Made by a program: the position numbers and the translations under genes | In this document: piece by piece, positions 31,500 through 35,462 of the stretch | Position numbering within the stretch: position 1 is the stretch's first letter | Layout of the letters: the number at the start of each line of letters is the position of its first letter | Origin: Betaproteobacteria bacterium | GTDB lineage: Bacteria; Pseudomonadota; Gammaproteobacteria; Burkholderiales; SG8-39 | Length of the DNA stretch: 35,462 nucleotides | Direction: 5' to 3' | Assembly: GCA_027317055.1 (NCBI GenBank) | Contig: DAHVFK010000002.1 | Span: forward strand, 1-35,462 | Notes under the pieces: model-generated | Databases searched by the model: none | Seen by the model: only the letters and a program-made list of their open reading frames with translations | What the model was told of the DNA's origin: nothing

Positions 31500-31613
31500 A
31501 TGAAAGTAATGGCTTCAGTAAAGAAGATCTGCCGCAAGTGCAAGATCGTCCGCCGCAAGCGCGTGGTTCGGGTCATCTGTTCTGATCCGCGCCACAAACA
31601 GCGTCAGGGATGA
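31500..31613 (+). CDS. rpmJ: 50S ribosomal protein L36 (zinc-ribbon form)
   Basis: [45 protein letters not shown] at 31488-31493. The track ORF from 31320 overlaps secY. Confidence 0.95.
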   Translation: MKVMASVKKICRKCKIVRRKRVVRVICSDPRHKQRQG

Positions 31614-31622
31614 TTTAACCTC

Positions 31623-31651
31623 TTGAGCAGACAGGCAATTCGGGATAAACT
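31623..31651 (+). promoter_or_regulatory. Candidate sigma70 promoter upstream of rpsM (alpha-operon position)
   Basis: TTGAGC (31623-31628), 17-nt spacer, TAAACT (31646-31651), within the 78-nt rpmJ-rpsM gap. Confidence 0.4.
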
Positions 31652-31691
31652 ACTCGGCTTTTCGTTCGCGACGCACTTACGGGACTAGCAC

Positions 31692-32072
31692 ATGGCACGG
31701 ATCGCTGGAATAAACATCCCCAACCACCAGCACGCAGAGATCGCGTTGACGGCAATCTACGGTATCGGGCGCGCTCGCGCGCAAGCCATCTGCGTCGCGT
31801 CCGGCGTCGAGGGGTCGCGCAAGATCAAGGATCTGACCGATTCGGATCTCGACCGACTGCGCGACAACGTCATGCGGCTCTCGGTCGAGGGCGACCTGCG
31901 GCGCGAAGTCTCGATGAGCGTCAAGCGCCTCATGGACCTTGGCTGCTATCGCGGGGTGCGCCATCGAAAGGGTCTGCCGGTGCGCGGACAACGTACGCGC
32001 ACCAACGCTCGAACCCGCAAGGGGCCGCGTAAGACGGCCATCAAGCTGACGGCGCAGGCCGGCAAGGTGTAA
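31692..32072 (+). CDS. rpsM: 30S ribosomal protein S13
   Basis: [31 protein letters not shown]...[32 protein letters not shown]. Confidence 0.98.
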   Translation: MARIAGINIPNHQHAEIALTAIYGIGRARAQAICVASGVEGSRKIKDLTDSDLDRLRDNVMRLSVEGDLRREVSMSVKRLMDLGCYRGVRHRKGLPVRGQRTRTNARTRKGPRKTAIKLTAQAGKV

Positions 32073-32091
32073 CGCAGGCTAAAGGACATTC

Positions 32092-32505
32092 ATGGCGACC
32101 AGAAATCCCACGCAACAGACGCAGCAAGCAGCCCGTGCGCGCAAGAAGGTCAAGAAGAACGTGGCCGAAGGAATCGCGCACGTGCATGCCTCGTTCAACA
32201 ACACCATCGTGACGATTACCGACCGCCAGGGAAACGCCCTTTCGTGGGCGACTTCCGGCAACGCGGGTTTCAAGGGTTCGCGCAAATCGACGCCATTCGC
32301 CGCGCAGGTCGCCGCGGAACGCGCGGGACGGGCGGCGCAAGAGTGCGGAGTAAAGAACATCGAAGTGCGCATCAAAGGGCCGGGGCCTGGCCGCGAATCC
32401 GCGGTGCGCGCGCTGAACGCTATCGGGCTCAAGATTTCCAGCATCGCTGACGTGACGCCCGTCCCACACAACGGCTGCCGGCCGCCCAAGCGGCGCCGGG
32501 TCTGA
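32092..32505 (+). CDS. rpsK: 30S ribosomal protein S11
   Basis: [46 protein letters not shown]...[18 protein letters not shown]. Confidence 0.98.
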   Translation: MATRNPTQQTQQAARARKKVKKNVAEGIAHVHASFNNTIVTITDRQGNALSWATSGNAGFKGSRKSTPFAAQVAAERAGRAAQECGVKNIEVRIKGPGPGRESAVRALNAIGLKISSIADVTPVPHNGCRPPKRRRV

Positions 32506-32526
32506 GTCGACGGCAAAGGAGACGCC

Positions 32527-33156
32527 ATGGCAAGAAATCTGGACGCTAAGTGCCGCCAGTGCCGCCGCGAAGGGGAGAAGCTTTTTCTCAAAGGCGAAAA
32601 ATGCTTTACCGACAAATGCGCCGTAGAGCGCCGCAGCTACGCGCCGGGCCAGCACGGCCAGAAGAGCGGCCAGCGCCTGTCCGACTACGGCAAGCAGCTG
32701 CGCGAGAAGCAGAAGATTCGCAGGATTTACGGCGTGCTCGAGCGCCAGTTCCGCAAGACCTACGCCGAGGCGTCGCGTTCGAAGGGCGTGACCCGCGAGC
32801 GACTGCTGCAGCTGCTCGAGACACGCCTTGATAGCGTCGCATACCGAATGGGATTCGGCGCATCGCGTACCGAGTCGCGCCAGCTGGTGCGCCACAACGG
32901 GGTTCGCGTGAACGGCAAGCGGGTGAACATTCCGTCGTACCAGGTTAAGCCTGGAGACGTCGTCGAAGTGGCGGAGAAGGCGAAGGCGCAGTTGCGCGTA
33001 AAAGCCGCCGCCGAAGCGGCCGAGAGCCGCGGCATTCCGGACTGGATGGAAGTGGACGCGAAGGCGCTGAAGGGTACCTTCAAGGCGTTGCCGACGCGGC
33101 CAGAACTACCTTCTTCGATCAACGAAAGCCTGGTGATCGAACTCTATTCGAAGTAA
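32527..33156 (+). CDS. rpsD: 30S ribosomal protein S4
   Basis: [25 protein letters not shown]...[48 protein letters not shown] (S4 RNA-binding domain). Confidence 0.98.
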   Translation: MARNLDAKCRQCRREGEKLFLKGEKCFTDKCAVERRSYAPGQHGQKSGQRLSDYGKQLREKQKIRRIYGVLERQFRKTYAEASRSKGVTRERLLQLLETRLDSVAYRMGFGASRTESRQLVRHNGVRVNGKRVNIPSYQVKPGDVVEVAEKAKAQLRVKAAAEAAESRGIPDWMEVDAKALKGTFKALPTRPELPSSINESLVIELYSK

Positions 33157-33222
33157 CGAGGTGACGCCGGGTCGAACCTCTCCCCGCACCACCCCCTACA
33201 CGATCAACCGCAGGACGAAAAA

Positions 33223-34206
33223 ATGTCGCAAACCGGATTTCTGAAACCGCGCATCGTCGATGTGCAGAACCTGTCGCCCTACCACGCGAAAGTGACGATG
33301 GAGCCCTTCGAGCGCGGCTACGGCCATACGCTCGGCAACGCTCTGCGCCGCGTGCTGCTGTCCTCGATGCCCGGCTACGCGCCGACCGAGGTGCAGATCG
33401 CCGGCGTAGTGCACGAGTACTCCACCATGGACGGCGTGCGCGAGGACATCGTCGACATTCTGCTCAACCTCAAGGGCGTGGTGTTCCGGCTCCACAACCG
33501 GCAAGAGGCCATCCTTTCGCTGAAGAAGGACGGCGAGGGTCAGGTCACCGCCTCAGATATCGAGGTCGCGCACGATGTGGAGATCGTCAATCCCGAGCAT
33601 GTCATCGCGACGCTTGCGTCGGGCGGCAAGCTCGAAATGCAGATCAAGGTCGAGTCCGGGCGAGGCTATGTTCCGGGCAACATGCGCTACCTGCCGGAGG
33701 AGACCAAGGGAATCGGCCGAATCGTTCTCGATGCTTCGTTCAGCCCGGTGCGCCGCGTTTCCTACTCGGTCGAGTCCGCGCGCGTCGAGCAGCGTACCGA
33801 CCTGGACAAGCTGATCATGGACATCGAGACCAACGGCGCGACCGAGCCGGAGGAGGCGATTCGCTATTCGGCGCGTATCCTGGTCGACCAGCTCTCCGTT
33901 TTTGCCCAGCTCGAGGGAACCTCGATGCCGGCCGAGCAGCCGAAGTCGCCGCAGGTGGACCCGATCCTGCTGCGCCCGGTCGATGATCTGGAGCTCACGG
34001 TGCGCTCGGCGAACTGCCTCAAGGCAGAGAACATCTACTACATCGGCGACCTGATCCAGCGTACCGAAACCGAGCTCCTCAAGACGCCGAACCTCGGGCG
34101 CAAGTCGTTGAACGAGATCAAGGAAGTGCTTGCCTCGCGTGGCCTCACGCTCGGCATGAAGCTAGAGAACTGGCCGCCCGCGGGACTCGAGCACCACCGC
34201 GTATAG
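33223..34206 (+). CDS. rpoA: DNA-directed RNA polymerase subunit alpha
   Basis: [23 protein letters not shown], with a C-terminal domain [48 protein letters not shown]. Confidence 0.99.
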   Translation: MSQTGFLKPRIVDVQNLSPYHAKVTMEPFERGYGHTLGNALRRVLLSSMPGYAPTEVQIAGVVHEYSTMDGVREDIVDILLNLKGVVFRLHNRQEAILSLKKDGEGQVTASDIEVAHDVEIVNPEHVIATLASGGKLEMQIKVESGRGYVPGNMRYLPEETKGIGRIVLDASFSPVRRVSYSVESARVEQRTDLDKLIMDIETNGATEPEEAIRYSARILVDQLSVFAQLEGTSMPAEQPKSPQVDPILLRPVDDLELTVRSANCLKAENIYYIGDLIQRTETELLKTPNLGRKSLNEIKEVLASRGLTLGMKLENWPPAGLEHHRV

Positions 34207-34234
34207 CGCGCGCCGGAGATAAGGACAACAAGCC

Positions 34235-34636
34235 ATGCGTCACGGTCACGGACTCCGCAAGCTCAACCGCACGACGAGCCACCGGCTCGCAATGCTGCGC
34301 AACATGGCGAATTCGCTGCTGCGCCACGAGACGATCACGACCACGCTGCCCAAGGCGAAAGAGCTCCGGCGCGTCGTTGAGCCGATGATCACGCTCGGCA
34401 AGAAGCCCTCGCTCGCAAACCGGCGCCTGGCGTTCAACCGCCTGCGCGACCGGGAGATCGTCGGCAAGCTGTTCGACAACCTGGGACCGCGCTACGCCAA
34501 GCGCAATGGCGGGTACCTGCGCATCCTGAAGAGCGGATTTCGCAAGGGCGACAATGCCCCGCTCGCGCTGGTGCTGCTGCTCGACCAGCCCGAGAAGCCG
34601 GCCGAAGAGAAGAAGGAAGACAAGAAAGCCGCTTGA
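34235..34636 (+). CDS. rplQ: 50S ribosomal protein L17
   Basis: [56 protein letters not shown]. Confidence 0.98.
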   Translation: MRHGHGLRKLNRTTSHRLAMLRNMANSLLRHETITTTLPKAKELRRVVEPMITLGKKPSLANRRLAFNRLRDREIVGKLFDNLGPRYAKRNGGYLRILKSGFRKGDNAPLALVLLLDQPEKPAEEKKEDKKAA

Positions 34637-34656
34637 TCGCTCTGCGCGTTCGTGCG

Positions 34657-34692
34657 AAAAAGGCCGGACTCGTCCCGGCCTTTTCGTTTTTT
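34657..34692 (+). terminator. Rho-independent terminator closing the ribosomal protein cluster
   Basis: AAAAGGCCGG (34657-34667 arm), 7-nt loop ACTCGTC, CCGGCCTTTT, followed by CGTTTTTT. Starts 21 nt after the rplQ stop. Confidence 0.85.
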
Positions 34693-34702
34693 GGGAGCGC
34701 GC

Positions 34703-35434
34703 GTGATCGTCCTGTACACCGACTTCGGCTCGACCGACCCCTACCTCGGCCAGGTGAAGGCCGTGCTGCAGCGCGCGGCGCCGCGGGTAGCGGTAGTGGA
34801 CGCGCTGAATGACGTTCCTGCTTTCGGCATCGAGCCTGCGGCGCACTTGCTGGCTGCACTCGCGCCACATTTCGGCCGCGGCAGCGTGTTCCTCTGCGCG
34901 ATCGATCCCGGCGTCGGCGGGTCGCGCGGGGCAATCGTAGTGCAGGTCGATGGCCGATGCTTCGTAGGCCCCGACAACGGGCTGCTGTCGGTTGTCTGGC
35001 AGCGCGCGAAGCGCAGGCGCTGCCGGCGGATCGTCTGGCGCCCTGCGTCGCTTTCGGGCTCGTTCCATGGCCGCGACCTGTTCGCGCCGGTCGCCGCGGC
35101 GCTTGCGCGGGAGCGCGTACCGACCGGCTGGCTGGCTGCGCGGCGCGCCCCGCACGTGCTGCTCGACGCAGCCGATCTTTCGCGGGTGATTTTCGTCGAT
35201 CATTACGGCAATGCGATGACCGGGCTGCGCGCCGCGTGCGTCGCGCCCGGCGCACGTCTGCGCGCGGGCGGGCGGACGCTCAGTCGGGCCGAAACCTTTG
35301 GCGCGGTGCGCCGCGGGGCCGCGTTCTGGTACGAGAACAGCGTGGGCCTGGTGGAGATCGCCGCCAACCAGGCGAGCGCCGCGCGTAAACTTGGCTTGCG
35401 CGTCGGCAGCAGAGTCGCGCTGTCTACGCGATGA
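34703..35434 (+). CDS. S-adenosyl-L-methionine hydroxide adenosyltransferase family protein (DUF62; chlorinase/fluorinase-like fold)
   Basis: VIVLYTDFGSTDPYLGQVKAVL, VGPDNGLLS, SFHGRDLFAPVAA and VDHYGNAMT are the family motifs as I recall them. GTG 34703 with a GGGAG SD at 34693-34697. The track start at 34652 would read through the terminator hairpin. Confidence 0.8.
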   Translation: MIVLYTDFGSTDPYLGQVKAVLQRAAPRVAVVDALNDVPAFGIEPAAHLLAALAPHFGRGSVFLCAIDPGVGGSRGAIVVQVDGRCFVGPDNGLLSVVWQRAKRRRCRRIVWRPASLSGSFHGRDLFAPVAAALARERVPTGWLAARRAPHVLLDAADLSRVIFVDHYGNAMTGLRAACVAPGARLRAGGRTLSRAETFGAVRRGAAFWYENSVGLVEIAANQASAARKLGLRVGSRVALSTR

Positions 35435-35462
35435 CGATGGCCCGGTAGTCGTTCACGTTGGT

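Noticed and set aside
34145-35255. Minus-strand ORFs of 352 aa and 273 aa over rplQ and the DUF62 gene
   Set aside because: They are Arg/Ala-rich shadow ORFs that span the terminator and two motif-supported plus-strand genes.
35424-35462. End of a convergent minus-strand gene (reads ...TNVNDYRAIVIA-stop, stop at 35426-35424) overlapping the DUF62 gene by 11 nt
   Set aside because: Only 12 codons are visible at the window edge. That is too little to tell a real gene from chance, so no call was made.

Overview
High-GC (about 65%) bacterial chromosome segment. Its gene order looks betaproteobacterial: uvrA divergent from MFS-ssb, then FmdB-DUF502-aspS-nudB and EEP-clsB. Positions 1-16100 hold housekeeping genes mixed with a few accessory-type genes. 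These are a truncated uvrA, an MFS transporter, ssb, an FmdB zinc ribbon, DUF502, aspS, a secreted RNase Sa-type ribonuclease with its barstar inhibitor, nudB, a ClC channel, an EEP-family protein plus clsB, a minus-strand operon (lipoate-protein ligase fused to an alpha/beta hydrolase, then a 4HBT thioesterase, then a MaoC dehydratase), a stand-alone EAL protein and an unassigned conserved protein. Positions 16100-34700 are the complete collinear str-S10-spc-alpha ribosomal protein cluster (rpsL through rplQ, including fusA, tuf, secY and rpoA), ending in a clear intrinsic terminator. A DUF62-type SAM hydroxide adenosyltransferase gene follows. I found no tRNA, rRNA, CRISPR array, IS element or large repeat. 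Most long ORFs in the supplied track that lie antisense or out of frame to these genes are Arg/Ala/Gly/Pro-rich high-GC shadow ORFs, and I rejected them. Most of the window is ordinary core genome. The best candidate for something undescribed is the full-length LplA-type ligase fused in one ORF to an alpha/beta hydrolase and tightly coupled to two hotdog-fold acyl-thioester enzymes. Smaller oddities are the RNase/barstar cassette joined to aspS and nudB by overlapping start/stop codons, a long Lys/Ala/Pro tail on ribosomal protein S3, a structured 132-nt rpsJ-rplC spacer in an operon with no room for an S10 leader, and an EAL domain with a degenerate DDFG motif. All family assignments come from my own motif recognition on the translations. 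No database search was run.
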